Below, piece by piece: positions 12,089 to 25,005 of a stretch of 64,000 bases of DNA. The notes beneath the pieces are model-generated. The model saw only the letters and a list, made by a program, of their open reading frames with translations. It did no database searches and was not told where the DNA came from. A program made the translations under genes and the position numbers. Origin of the DNA: Spizellomyces punctatus DAOM BR117. Taxonomy: Eukaryota. Positions within the stretch are counted from its first letter, which is position 1. Each line of letters starts with the position of its first letter. The DNA lies in assembly GCA_000182565.2 (NCBI GenBank), contig KQ257456.1, one strand, 5' to 3'.

Positions 12089-13325
12089 ATGTTCTCGTCC
12101 TTCTCAGGGCTGATAGCTGGTGTTAAGCATACTGCATATCGAGGGGTACGCGGAAGAAACGTTGACATTGCACTTTGTGTGCATTGCGATGTATTTACCA
12201 ATGTTTTTTAATTAGGTCAACAGTATCCTCGACACTGTCCTTCGCACAAAGGCTACTCGAAAACGCGCCCCTGGAGCCATCAACAAACCACAGTCAACAC
12301 GAAACCTTCTTCGAAGCGTGCCGAGAGATGGTATTACCAAAAAGCGCCCAGAGGTGAATGGAGCAGCAAGCAGGAGACGGGCGGAGCTGGCTTTGGAGTA
12401 CTTGACGCACGAGACAGGGCAAAAGAGTGAGGACACGGATAGTTCCATTGACACGGATGAGGACTTGGGCAACGGTGGAGAGCCGAGAGGGTTACTGTTT
12501 ACGACTCCACCAAAGAAGGTAAAGAGACGGTCAAGTTTAGACTTGTCAGAGTCTGAAAAGGAAAATAAACGTGGGAGAAAGCTCGAGAATGATGTTTCAC
12601 CGCGAAGTAAGTTTGATTCGCCGTCCGTGATTTCATCGGTACGATTGGTTCTAACTTTTGATTTGTAGATTGTGAAAGCGACCGTATTGCGGCCTTGGAA
12701 CGAAAAATCGAAGTGCTAGAACGAGTGCTTGCCGCCCAGGCACCAGTGTCAGCCCTACCTGCACCACCTCCTCCTCCACCACCACCACCCCCTCCCCTAC
12801 CCACGCCAAATTCCTCAAACCTGCAGATTCCATCGTCAACCTCTAAAAAATCAACTGCCGTACGTATTGCCCTTCATAGTGGTAATATCCAACACCGCAC
12901 TTACGCATGCATTCACTTTAGCCCTCTCCCGCTCGAGATCCCCGCTTCATCAACATGAACCACCACGTGATGAGGAAAATATGTGAAGAGATTAAGGAAG
13001 TAAAATTACGAAGAACAAATGTCATGAGGTATAGTTGCGATCATAGTTCTTCAGCGCCCACATGATTTCTGAATCTCTTTGGCAGATCACCGGGTGGGAC
13101 AATAATGAGAACCCGAGATCCAGATCGTGAGCCTGACGAGCAAGACCATGAGGCTGTCCTAGGTGAGCATGTTGTGTGATATCGAGCTTTACAATACCGC
13201 TTTTTTTCCATCTAAAAAATGTCTTTGAACTATCTGTAGCACATGCATTACGGAAAAAGTTTAAGAGTTTGAATTCAGAGTCTACAGACTCTAGTCCTGA
13301 AGTGACAGAACGGGACTGGGGTTGA
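12089..13325 (+). CDS. Proline-rich protein, PRR11/MTFR1-like
   Basis: Spliced model shows a short coiled coil (RIAALERKIEVLE), poly-Pro, EIKEVKLRRTN, SPGGT and ALRKKF motifs. Confidence 0.6.
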
Positions 13326-13757
13326 CGAAACAATTGCTAAAAGAATTTTTTGGCCGAAAGGTGAATGTACGTTTTTTTTGGTATTACAGCTAGGTTAAGG
13401 AGAATGGAGTACCTGGAAAGTTTACGGTTAATCTTATATTTATTTCGCCCAATTTAACCTGTACGTGGAGCTGGATCTCAACAGGAGAATGTCGTACCAC
13501 ATTCTGACCATATTTCAACGTGGCCCAAATCCCGAGATGCATTTTTTAGTGGAATTGAAACAAATCATGTATGGTTATCAAATATTGAAAAAAGCAAAAC
13601 AGATTTCCAAGAAGCAGATAATGTCAACCGAGGCAAAAACAAGCAATGCCACACCTACACAATACCACCCAGATATACGCAAACGGCTGTCCCATCCACA
13701 CTATCCTGCTCAACCACTGCAGCACAAGCAATGTATCTCTCCTCTCATCAACTATAA

Positions 13758-14090
13758 TCACTCGTCCAACCGAATCTCATCCACCAAGACCTCCCTTTTT
13801 ATTCTCTCCTCCCGTAGTCGACTGGGGCTAACCGCGTACGACACAAACGAACTCGCATGGTTTGAACTTTTAATCAAAACCTCTTCATTCCATATAAATC
13901 CTTTCTCAGAGCCGAATTGAGCGAGGTATGTAATGTTATCTGTCAAGTCAATGTGGTAGAGCGATGGCTGTGTTGTTATAGAGGAGGCGGAGGACGAGGT
14001 TGAGGAGGATGAACTGTAGTTTCGGCCATTGGTTGAGTATCCTTGTGAACGGATTGGAATGGGGTTTGAGCGAGAGTGAGGGGTGGACAT
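13758..14090 (-). CDS. Small 110-aa fungal protein resembling Ybr285w/Hab1
   Basis: Intronless ATG ORF with LYHIDL...GFIWNEEVL and C-terminal VLVDEIRLDE. Family resemblance is from recall. Confidence 0.55.
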   Translation of the reverse strand: MSTPHSRSNPIPIRSQGYSTNGRNYSSSSSTSSSASSITTQPSLYHIDLTDNITYLAQFGSEKGFIWNEEVLIKSSNHASSFVSYAVSPSRLREERIKREVLVDEIRLDE

Positions 14091-14527
14091 GATGATATAG
14101 GCGGTCCTTTACGAAGGGACGCTTTTGAACGCCTTTTTTTTTGGCAAACGGTGTGCTCGTTCGGCTTAGGCTCTTGCTGTTCAAAAAGGGCACTACAAAG
14201 CCGGGGTGTGCGCACGAAATAACAGACTCTAAAAAAGAATCCCGTATGTAAGGCAAACTGGTTTCAAAGCAAAAACAAGACAAGACAAAAAAAATAGGCT
14301 TTCAACAGCAAACGAGCCCGGGGGGCAAGTCGCCCCCCCAAATGAACGGGATGACACATGATCGCCCTCATTTGCCGACGCTTACGCAATGACGACACCA
14401 TCCGTCGATAAAATCGCATCAGTGATAGGATAATTATGGCATCTTTCACGCTCCTTCAACGGTTCCCAATATGGAGGGCCCTTTCATCTCCGATAGCAAC
14501 TGATCCCTAATTACTTGCGATACATGT

Positions 14528-14580
14528 ACCCACCTTTTTGTATTTGACCCACTTTTGTATTTGACCCACTTTTGTATTTC
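14528..14580. repeat. Tandem repeat, 3 x ~17 bp (ACCCACTTTTGTATTTG)
   Basis: Directly visible; the first unit has a 2-nt insertion. Confidence 0.9.
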
Positions 14581-15780
14581 AAAGCACTGCGACGAAAGCG
14601 GCTTGAAGAGATGGACTCGTCTGTTCTTTGACCGTTTTCGAATTGAGAATGTGTTTGAAAATAAAAAAAGTAAAGTGGGAGCTGCTGGGTGCAAGTTCTT
14701 TTTTATATACGGAACCCCCCTCAACCTGCCAAGCCCGCGGTCTAAAAATGCGCCTTCCGTGAGTCACATGAAAACGTCAGTGTGATCTACAAGGTCAAGA
14801 GTTGTTCAATCAATAAACAAATGGAGGTTGCCCAAAACATACGAATCTTCATCGTGGCCAAACAACATCTCTATAAACGCTCTAACAAAAATCTCGATAC
14901 TGATTTAATATATTGCTTTTGAAGGGCCATAAAATACTTTTTGAATTATCCCATCAAAAACCCGCTTGCAACAATCTTGAAAAAATCCCATGACTGAATC
15001 ATTTCAAAAAGTCCTTTTGCATCAGGTGAGGCGCATCATCAGATGGAATCGAGCAGTCCGATTTATCCCTGTGGGCTGTAAACTACATTAGCAATTTGGA
15101 TTGTAACAGTGCAGCGAGTGAGCCCATCTACATGATACAATAATGCACTGAGACAAAAGGGTTAATGGATCATGACAAACACCTTCAACCACTCCAGGAT
15201 GGTGTGTGAGCTAGTGTAGCAGACGGCTTTCTCCAGCAACTACAAATGTTTATATTCAAATAGATATTGCTGCTGAGCATTCAACAATATTGTTCTCATA
15301 ATGGGTTTGACGCTTAAAGCGGACCGTCATGGACAGCTTTGACAAGACGGTGTGAAGCCGATAGATTCATCCCATCCTCCATTGAGAACATCTTGTGCGC
15401 TTAGTCGCGCGGTGTCGAGTCACGTGAGATTCGATATAGCTGACAGGTCGGATAGAACTTGGGGCGCTAGATGTTATTGCTCTTTTTTTTTTTTTTTTGA
15501 TACCAAACAGCCTACTATTGCACCTACGTAGAAGAACATGGTATTCCAAACGGGATAGACGACGGTTGTGTAAACCTCGATCGCGTGCAAATGATACATT
15601 CAAAAGTTGCAGGGGTTTTTGGTATAATGGCCAAAAGCCCTCCCCTCCACATTTTGGACCCGTTTTTTTTTTTTTGTGAACCAAGTCCCGCGTTCAAAAG
15701 CGTCATTAGACTCATAGGCACATGCAATATTCTGATATTAACCTCCATTACTTTTTTTCCTGCTTTCTTTCCTGTTGCTT

Positions 15781-15816
15781 TCCAGTTGGTTTCCAGTTGG
15801 TATCCAGTTGGTATCC
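15781..15816. repeat. Tandem repeat, 3 x 11 bp (TCCAGTTGGTW)
   Basis: Directly visible just upstream of ATG 15856. Confidence 0.85.
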
Positions 15817-15855
15817 GATAACTACTGATATTTCACTCCATTACAATTTACGAAA

Positions 15856-18197
15856 ATGGCCACTGCCATCAAGAAATTCTTTAAAAAGAAAGGGTCCCGT
15901 TCTGGTCATGAATCCGACGACCAGCCAAAAACTCCAACTTCTTCACGAGTATCCGGGGAGACTTTTGAGTCTGCGGCGGAGAATCAACCTGCTATCACTC
16001 AAATTGCAACGAGTTCCCCTGATGAAACCCAGCCTGCCGGTTCTCAACCTGCTGTCAGTACAGTCGTTGCTCAGGTCACTGCTCTATCGTCTACTACCAT
16101 ACCGGCGAGTACTCCTATTGGTACTCAGTCTACCGCTGGTCCGTCTGTTGCTACTCAGTCTACCTCTACTCATCCTGGCGTGGAGAAAGCCAGTGCTACA
16201 AAAGAAGCACAACAACCTGAACGGAAACGCAAAGTTCCTGCTCCGGGGGAAAGTAGTATGCCCATGTCGCACCCGCCCAGCCCGACACCAGCCGGGGATG
16301 ATGCACATGCTGGTGAGTGTGTTCGAAGAAATTGAATAAATAAATAAGCCGCGCTGATTTGTCTCTGGATTTTAGCGTTAAAGAGAAAAGTTCAGAATGT
16401 GGAGGTCCTTAAAGAAGGAATATATGAAGTTCGTCTTGATGAAAGGTACAGCGTCATGCGTACATTGACATGCACTGGCACTTCATGGCCCAACCTCTCA
16501 AATCTCCACCATAGATTGCCAGAAAAGGATCAAGAAATAGGACTCCTCCGTAACCAACTCTGGCAAACCCGCGAACAACGCGACAAACTCGACAAGGAAT
16601 TATCAGAAGCGAATCACGAGCTAGCCAAACGTACCACTGAGATGCAAGCTTTAGAAAAAAAGCATAAATCCGAACTTGACCATGCCGTTCAGAATCAGAA
16701 AGAGGTCCTGACTGTTCAGATATTGCAGTTGAAGAAGGAGATTGAAGATAGTAAGGAGGAAAAGAGTCGGGCTGGGCAGAGGGAGGCAGAGGTTAAGAGC
16801 GAACTTGAAAACGTCAAGAAACAGACCGACAATTTTAAACAGCAAAAGGAAAAAGTTGAGAGCAAGGTCAAGGATCTTCAAGCGCAACTGGAAGATGTCA
16901 CCGTAATGGTAGGAGAGTTGCAGGCGGAAAATAAAAGGTGACTTTTCGCAATTTGTTTCTGAGATCATTATCTCGATGCTAAACCTTGGGTTCAAAGCCT
17001 TCACCAGAAACTCATTGATCGCGACTCGGAATCTGATGCCACTGCAACTCAGTTGAAGAAACTAAACGAGGATAAACAACGCATTACTGCCGAATTGCAA
17101 CAAACACAGGCCGTTAGGAACAAAATTGCACAAACTAGTGAAGAACATGACAAGGAATACGAGCAGAAAATGAAGGCATTGACAGATGAATTAAATACTG
17201 TACGTAACTTGTAGTTCTGTATCGTTTTCTATCTTTACCATGCTAAATCGCTCTGTATGTGACAGACCAAAAAAAGTTGTACGAAAACCCAAGCAGAGTT
17301 GGAATCCACAATAACAGCGCTCAAAGAACGCGAAAAAGACCTCACTGCAGTGAATGAGAAGATCATTGTCCTTACCACCCAGCTCAACGATGCTCAAGCG
17401 GCCACGCAAGAAGCCACGGACAAGGAACAAACTGCATCAAATGCTTTAAAAACTTTTCAGAGCAAGTTGAAAGCACTTGTGGACAGGTTAGAAAAGCGGA
17501 AAGGAGGGGAAGCGAAAAGAAAGCCGAAACAGGATGCCATTGACGAATTGCTGATCATGGTTGAGCAGGTACGGGTTTCCTCATTTTTGAAAAACAAGAG
17601 TTGCCATTGGTCTCATCTATGTCTATTTATACTAGAATCTAGAGTATTTACATACATCCGTTGCCGAAACCGATACCACACAAGGCCCTAGTGCAAAGGC
17701 ATCTCCAAGAGAAGAGGAAACTAAGAAGAAGGCAGCGCGGTTGACTAAAGATCAAAAGGGTAAAGGCGAGGAACAAACAATTGGTAGTGACAAAGAACGA
17801 AAAGAGACTCCCGCTGCTCCTATGCAGGACCAGGTATGAGCAATCCATATTTACAAATTTCATCGATTCGGAGGGGGATTGATCGAACATTTGACGGTCC
17901 AAGGGTACATCGACACAGCCTGACACCTCGTTGCCACCTCCCCCACGCCTAACCCGCGTTAGTAAAGCTCGACCCACTTCCTCCCACTTTATAGGCACCA
18001 AATTCTTCTCCTCATCTCCTCGTGAGCGCCTTCCATCTGGGCAAACCTTTGGAACGGTGCCTTTGACTGAACAAGAGGAGGAAAGGGTTTCTCCGCAATG
18101 GAAGGTTGAAGGGCAAGAAAGGCCGTGGTATGATCAGCGGTTGACTTTGGATCTGGATGCCGGTAACGAGATGGAGAAAGGTTTGTTGCGTACTTGA
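15856..18197 (+). CDS. Coiled-coil protein of unknown function (multi-exon)
   Basis: S/T/P-rich N-terminus followed by E/K/Q/L-rich heptad exons (16399-17570); introns with GT-AG ends. Confidence 0.75.
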
Positions 18198-18434
18198 GTA
18201 TCGGTGGTATATTTGCTTGGAATTGGCAGGGCGGCGCTTGGTTGCTTAAGTCGTACGTGGTCATTTTCACATATTGCAAGACGTGCTCTCGAGCTGATGT
18301 GATGTATTCAAGGCCATTCTTGTAAAATATAGTGTTCAATATCTGGTCCGTTGCAAACAAAGTTCATATTTTCAAAATGCTTCATTTCTTTAAAAACAAT
18401 TCATCATACAAGAAAAACTAGCCACTAAAACTAT

Positions 18435-20596
18435 CTACAACCTTTCCTCTGCCTCAGCCTTTTCTGCAGCGGTCTTTTGATTTGGTACTCCCAACGCTCT
18501 TGCCGCGTCCAACATCTCCTTGTCCTCCACATCGAATTTCCTAAAGAGTAGGTAGAATATTACAGTGGAAATGCCTGCAGCAATCGCTGTTCCGGCATAC
18601 ATCCAATGCATGTTAGGGTCCTTGGCAGCTGGGGAAAGGAAGATGCCGATCAACGCGGCACCAGCGTTGGGGAGCAGGGAAAGGGCTGAGATGAGACATT
18701 TCATAGACGTTGGGGCATGGGTATAAGAGTACTCAAGCGAGCCAATGGAGGCAAACACTGTTTTCCAATATACAAACATTTAGCCGCTTAGCCGCGATGT
18801 ATTGGAAATGTTCAGGCGGACAGCTTACCTTCAGAAGTTGCAATCAAGACATACGATGGAATCTGCCACCAGACAGAAATCTCATTTGCGACGTCACCTG
18901 GATGGTCAAATCCGGGGGGTGCCTCGTAAATCTTCTTTTGCACAATTGCGGCTACGGCCATCGACGCGCCACCAAGGAAGAAACCGATTGAAATACGCTT
19001 CATGTATCCAAAGTGGATGTTTTTGCGCGAGAGGTACGGGTATATACCATAGTCAAAAATGGGGATGATCTAGCAGGAGAGAAAATGAGGACTCTATCAA
19101 TGGTTGCCGCTCTTTTCACATGAGATTGATCTACTTACGAGAACCAAGATAAGAGGATCCATAATGTTGATCAAGTCGTTTGACATCCAGCTGGGCCGCT
19201 GCATCTGACTGGCCTGCGAGATCAGGTTGTTGGTCATTTGAGAGTAGCATACCCTGAAATGCCAGCTGATGAGAACATGGTTCGGTTGAATAGCAAAAAG
19301 TCTTTTGGCATACCAGTAAATAGTCAACAAAGGATAGATCGAACACGCCTTGAGCGTCTGCCTCAATTCTGAAGGGAACGCATCCGTCCACTTTCTTTGA
19401 GCCACTTCCTCTTGCGTCTCACCGGGTATAGAGTCGGCGTAATCCAGGAAAGCAAAATTCTTTGAATTTGGTTGAACCGTGGCCTTGTACTTTCGCTTTC
19501 TAACAAGGCTGTACCGAATACATTGATACGCCTTCAAGATCACGGATCCTTCAGGTGGTACATGTACATAACGCTTTCGTCCCGAATAGAAAATGCAGAT
19601 GGAAAGCAGGAACATGCAACTAGGCAAAAGATAGGCCTTCCAAAATGCCGATCGTTCCAAAGTTGTACACACCGTCTGTCCAATCAAAGATCCAATGTTG
19701 ATGGCCCAGTAAAACCAGTTGTACAAATGCTGCACGGTGAGGTCAGGATCAACAATGTACTGCTTTCCATTCTTTTCGATCATGTAAGACTCTTTCGGAA
19801 TCTGGTCCGCACACATTGGGCTGACGACCGATTTGATGCCGCCAGTTCCGAGACCAATAATGGTGATCGAGATGACATAGCCGGGAAAGGCGAAGCCTCC
19901 CCAGGTTGGGGTTCCATCCTCCATGTATCCATTGGGAATCGATGAGGTGCAGAGGATGATCCATCCGACCATGTAAATGATGGAGAAGGTGAGGATGGTT
20001 TTGTATTTTCCCCAATACTGGTCAGCAACGGTGGCGCCAATGAGAGGAGTAAAGTAGGCCCAGAACATGAAATAGCTAAGTGTATGGCACACACAAGTTA
20101 AAACGCGTAAAGTAAACGAGCGGTAAAGGAAAAGGGAACCTTACTTGCTCAAAGCTGTGGCCGTTGATTGTCCCTTGTCAAGCGCTCCTGGCTGTCGCTC
20201 CAATGTGGCCCGCTGAAGTGCGGTTTGCTCTGGGTTTTCAATATAGTTTTGGAAAGTAAGGGAACCACCATAGACTTGTGTACGACAAGCAAGTTAGTCA
20301 TATTATAAACAAATCCTGCTGACAGTCCGAATATACATACACGCAAATCGTTCGCAAAATCTAACAAATAGCAAGAGACAAGAATAATCAGAATCAACTG
20401 AACCTGACAGACATCAACAACATACAAATACTGACTCGTTGACAACAATGAACCACGCTGCAAACGGGATGACGCCGGCAATACGAGGCAACGTAGACTG
20501 CAGGAAACCTTCATCGTGCGGAATGCGCATAATGTGTTCCTGGTCCTTTACGACCTTCGTGTCCAGCGTCCCAGTGCTCTCTTTTGTCTCCGCCAT
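18435..20596 (-). CDS. PTR2: POT/PTR family di/tripeptide transporter
   Basis: NEFCERFAFYGG, GATVADQYWGKYKTI, GLGTGGIKSVVSPMCADQ, FYWAINIGS, WWQIPSY, LEYSYTHAPTSMK. Confidence 0.95.
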
Positions 20597-21470
20597 GATT
20601 TCAAGTTCCCGCTCGATCAACTACTCAAACAAAGGGACGTGCGAGAGTGGGAGGGGACAAGAAGCAACAACGCCTTTTTAAAGGAATCTCCATCTCCATC
20701 CGCCGTCGTCCCGGTGATCCCGTGGACGAAAAGGCATGAAATTTCAACCTTTGCTAGCTGTTATCTCCGCGAGTGTGAAATCTCCTCGCGTGGCACCCGG
20801 CAAGATCTCTTCCATGACTAGCAAATTCTCATCTCTAGCCACACATGACGAATGCGCAGACACGATTCCCGACGTTTCGGATGCGGTGCGCGAGAGTCAT
20901 GTAACCTTAAAAGGCAATTCAAGTGGGGTCAAGACGCGCGGAACTTTGGAATATTCGCTGTTTTGCGCGTAACCTTCCATTTCGTGGAAATTCGAATTTC
21001 GGCAGAATTATATTAGTAATTTTACGGCCACTATTATTTCGTCTGCGCATATCGTTTTGCTTATCTTTTTGAAAATGACTCTGAAACTTTGCAGGTGTGA
21101 TGATCACCTTGCAGTGTTCCAAGCGGATTGGGTAATGAAATTGGGGATTATGATGGGCAGAGTCAGCCGTTTGACGACGATGCAGATGCACTTTACGCAA
21201 TTTACGCTCAAGCGTACAGCTAAAGACCCAAATACGAGCAAGATGTTTCTTATTTACACTCCAATAGGACAAAATTTCAGAAAAAAAATGTACACTACAC
21301 AGATGACAATCGTTGTTCTTTTTTGTACAGTTCCCTTTTGGCGGGTGATGGAGGAGGGACAAGGCCAGGTCCAGCCAGGGCAAGCAAGAAAACAAATCTC
21401 CCCAATGCAGCAACCAGAAGGGCTTTCTTTTGTTGTCTCTACTGGATGTCTCCTTATCAGATCCCACTCT

Positions 21471-22128
21471 TTAGCCACTCTTTGGCACCACAGCCCCATC
21501 ATAGTTGAACAAAAAGGTCGGAACCATCACACCCGCAATAATCGCCATCAGGAGGCCGACATTAAAACTCATCGCTAGTAACATCACGGTGTAACTGATG
21601 AACGCAGCAATTCCTTTAAAGATCGTAAACGATGCGCGTCGAATCCAGCTGATCGGTGGACGCTCGGATTTTATATTGTCGTCAACACCGCGTCTGAAGA
21701 TGAGAACGCGAATGTTTTCAGAGGTGGAATTGACAAACGAGAGAATAAAAGTTGCCAGGAGAGCGGCAATATATTGCCCTGCATTTTTGGGCTGCAGTTG
21801 GGGGAAGAGCAAGAAAACCGTGCTGTCTGTGTTGAAGAAGGGCTTCATGCTCCCATGATCGATCGTGAGGGGCCTGATGGGTAAAAGGATGGTGCGTACC
21901 ATCAATCAGCTCAAATTGAACCAGAAGGAGATTGTTGCCTTGCAGTTTTACTTACCCATCAGTAGCATGGCCCATACTGTGGTCACTCACATTGGTGGCA
22001 ATTGCGAGGTTCTCAGTTCCATGAGGTCCAGCATCAAGGTTCTCAGATCCATGAGGTGCAGCATCAATCTGCAATGCCAAGACAATCACCAAGGCGAGGA
22101 TCAAAATGGATGTAGATTGGTTTCCCAT
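21471..22128 (-). CDS. Ctr-family copper transporter
   Basis: MxxxM motif (MLLAMSFN), three hydrophobic segments, His/Met N-terminus with signal-peptide-like start; one intron. Confidence 0.85.
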
Positions 22129-23877
22129 ATTCTCACAATTCTGCAGACACCAATCGGCTTTCAAAAACAAAAGGTCATATGTAAGGTTTGCAGTCGTCTT
22201 TATGGGCCTTTGGTTGACTTGACCAAAAATATTTTGAAACAGTGGCAACACGTCAGCATCGATTAAAACCTTAATTTCGATATTTGGTAAAACTGCCTTT
22301 AAATGAAACACTCCTGAAAAGATCTTGCTTCGGAGACCTCCTTGAGGTTTTTGTAGAATACCACATCGCTTAACAAGAACTCTGCATCCGTTTTAGTCAG
22401 TGAACCAACCTCAATCTAAGTTGGAAATACGCTTTCTCCCCCGTTTGGAACACTTTCCTTTTGAAGGTTTCCATATGCCAGTTGGCACTTTAGTACACAA
22501 ATCCCCCTCGGAACTTGTTCCCCATATACCATCAGCATCTGGAGCAAGCAAAATTCCCCGCCTGGGTACTAGAGCCCCAAATTCGGAAAGAATTCCAGAA
22601 ATTAGTAGTTTGTTCAAAAAACCTTTCCTGCAGATCCCTTATGGAACCTCGATCAGGACCATGCAGCCAGTATCTCAAAGAGAACAAATGGATGCGAATA
22701 CCAAATCCAAAGGTAATCGTCGGTAGAGTGGGGCATGAGATTCGGAACCGGGCGTTCACAGGCAAATTGCCCCCCCAACCAATCACCTCGATTTCCAGGA
22801 ACAAACGTGAAACGCAATATGGGATCGACCAACTGATGACTCAGCGAGAGTTGGGCAATACATGAGTCGTTATTACTGTGATGCCCAAGGCACCGCTTCA
22901 GCGCTCTATTGATGGTTGGCTCGTCAGCATATGACAAACTGTTTGACCCGCATAGTGCTACGTTTACAGTCAATAACCCACGATAATACGTATTTGCAAC
23001 AAGTCATGGACTGCATCACACACTCTGACTCGCCAGACCAAAAAGTCCATACGATGCAATGCAATACGACCCTCCAGTCTCATACAAGGAGAAACAATAA
23101 GACATTATTTTTCAGACGATAACGTTTCTTTTTTATGAAAGATATATCAGCCTCTTACGAGGTTACGTGCAGAAAAGTACAACCGTTTGATTTTTCATAT
23201 ACCTCTAAAACAAAAGTTTCGATAACGGCGGCCGCGGTCTCGGACTCGAAGAGCGCAATGAGCCATAGTGACAGTACCGTTAAAACAGAGGCAGAAGAAT
23301 AACCATAGTTTGAAAACACGCACGTTGTCGTCCATCACTAAACGACATGTAGCATTGATACAGACATCAACCGCTACAGCTGGAGATAGTGCGCAAGGAG
23401 GTCAATAGATTTACCATTGGTTCTAACACGTTCCTGTTTGTGTACCATCCAAGCGAGACTCTGTCAGTTGTTGTCCTGGTTGCACATAGTTTGGGCGTGC
23501 CGGCTTTCGTTCATGTCATCAACTAGCGTTGGTCATTTCGCTCTAGCTGTCAAAATGAAACTCAAAAACCTACTCCGCAGTTTGAATTGTATTGACGGTT
23601 TTTATTAATGACTCGCGGTCGCGAATGAATTCATGTGACGTTGCCAACCAATGTAACAAATATCAAGAAGCGGACTCAGGCCTTTTACTTGAGACGAAAA
23701 GCATGCAGTGCGAATGGAAGAGATCCAAAATCATAGATGTGCAAACGAAGGAATATACCATCTATTTACATTACACGGCAATGCGTGTAGCTCAAGATTC
23801 AGACACTCACTACTATACGAAACCAACTTTCCACGATGCGCCATTTGCAAAAGTGTTTCCCCAATTCATTAGACCTG

Positions 23878-24641
23878 TCACCCATGCGAGTTATCCAGAC
23901 CTCCACGTCTCGCCAAATGCAAACTTTTAAGCATCCCGTTCACCCCGACATAGTCTGGTATGACCCCCTGCTGCTCAGAGAGATTGGATGTGTATGACGG
24001 TCCATGCGGTGGATCGTGCAAGCGCGATTCTTGGTGGATGATGTGTAAGAGGGTGTTTATGGCGGTATATGTGGTATTTTCCGGGTGTTCATTCCCATTA
24101 TTTGGACCGGTTGAACGGAGGGAAATGCGAATGGGGGACAAAGGGAATTGACGGTGGCTATTGAGAGAGATAAAAGTACAGGTACGTTAGCAAGTGAGAC
24201 GTAGAGGATATCATACGCGAATGACAAGGCGTACCTCGGAGGATGATCCTCATTGACGTTATGAGGTTGGGCAGTCAATCTGCGTTTCTTCGGGTCTCCC
24301 GACCTCAGTTCGTGTATCCCACTCACATCATCTGACTCTTCCTGTCCACAAAGATTTGAATCTATCATTTCACCCACTTTCCCAGTATGTCCAGCCATAC
24401 TCTCGTCCATAGCATTCCTGTCCTGTTGCCCACCAAGCGGCGACCTACTCATAGATCTCCGTCGTTTCGTTCCACGCAGGTGACGATCCTTTGTAGCACG
24501 CCAAGCAGAATCCATTTGCGGTGCGTGGTTTCCCATGTTACTTGGTATCTCCGTACCAATGTTATAGAATGGAGAGTTTGCCGGTGGGAACGTCATACCG
24601 AGCAGTTCGAAAGGTGTGAAATGGCTATAAACAGCGGCCAT
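23878..24641 (-). CDS. Small nuclear protein with two FAM104/VCF-like C-terminal helices
   Basis: Two exons; NLS-like TKRRRS and PKKRRL; motifs YTAINTLLHIIHQE and YVGVNGMLKSLHLAR. Confidence 0.6.
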
Positions 24642-25005
24642 TTGCTTGAGCGCCCACCAACAAACTACTGTCAACTGTCAAGGCGGATATAATACTGACG
24701 ACGTTGGCAGATACTGACTCTCCGATGGTGATGGGTCAGAAAATCCAAATTCAAAATGCTCAAGCAAAAGACAGAAGAGCAAAAGGTCTGGCAAAGACGC
24801 GCAATACCCAGTGGCTTAGTGGCTAACTTTCAGTTTGATGACCAAGCGAACTTGTCAGCAGGTCCCAAGTCCTTGGGGGCTTTTACCTTCCATGGGTTGA
24901 TCGACGGCTTACGAAACGGACATCACGTAACGTCACCGACTTTGGGTAAGGTTGTTCATATCATCGATATTTGACCAAACTGTTTTCCAGTACGTCAAAA
25001 CACGA

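Noticed and set aside
21057-21578. 173-aa + strand ORF next to the Ctr gene
   Set aside because: Non-ATG start, no motifs, and it overlaps the Ctr 3' end in antisense.
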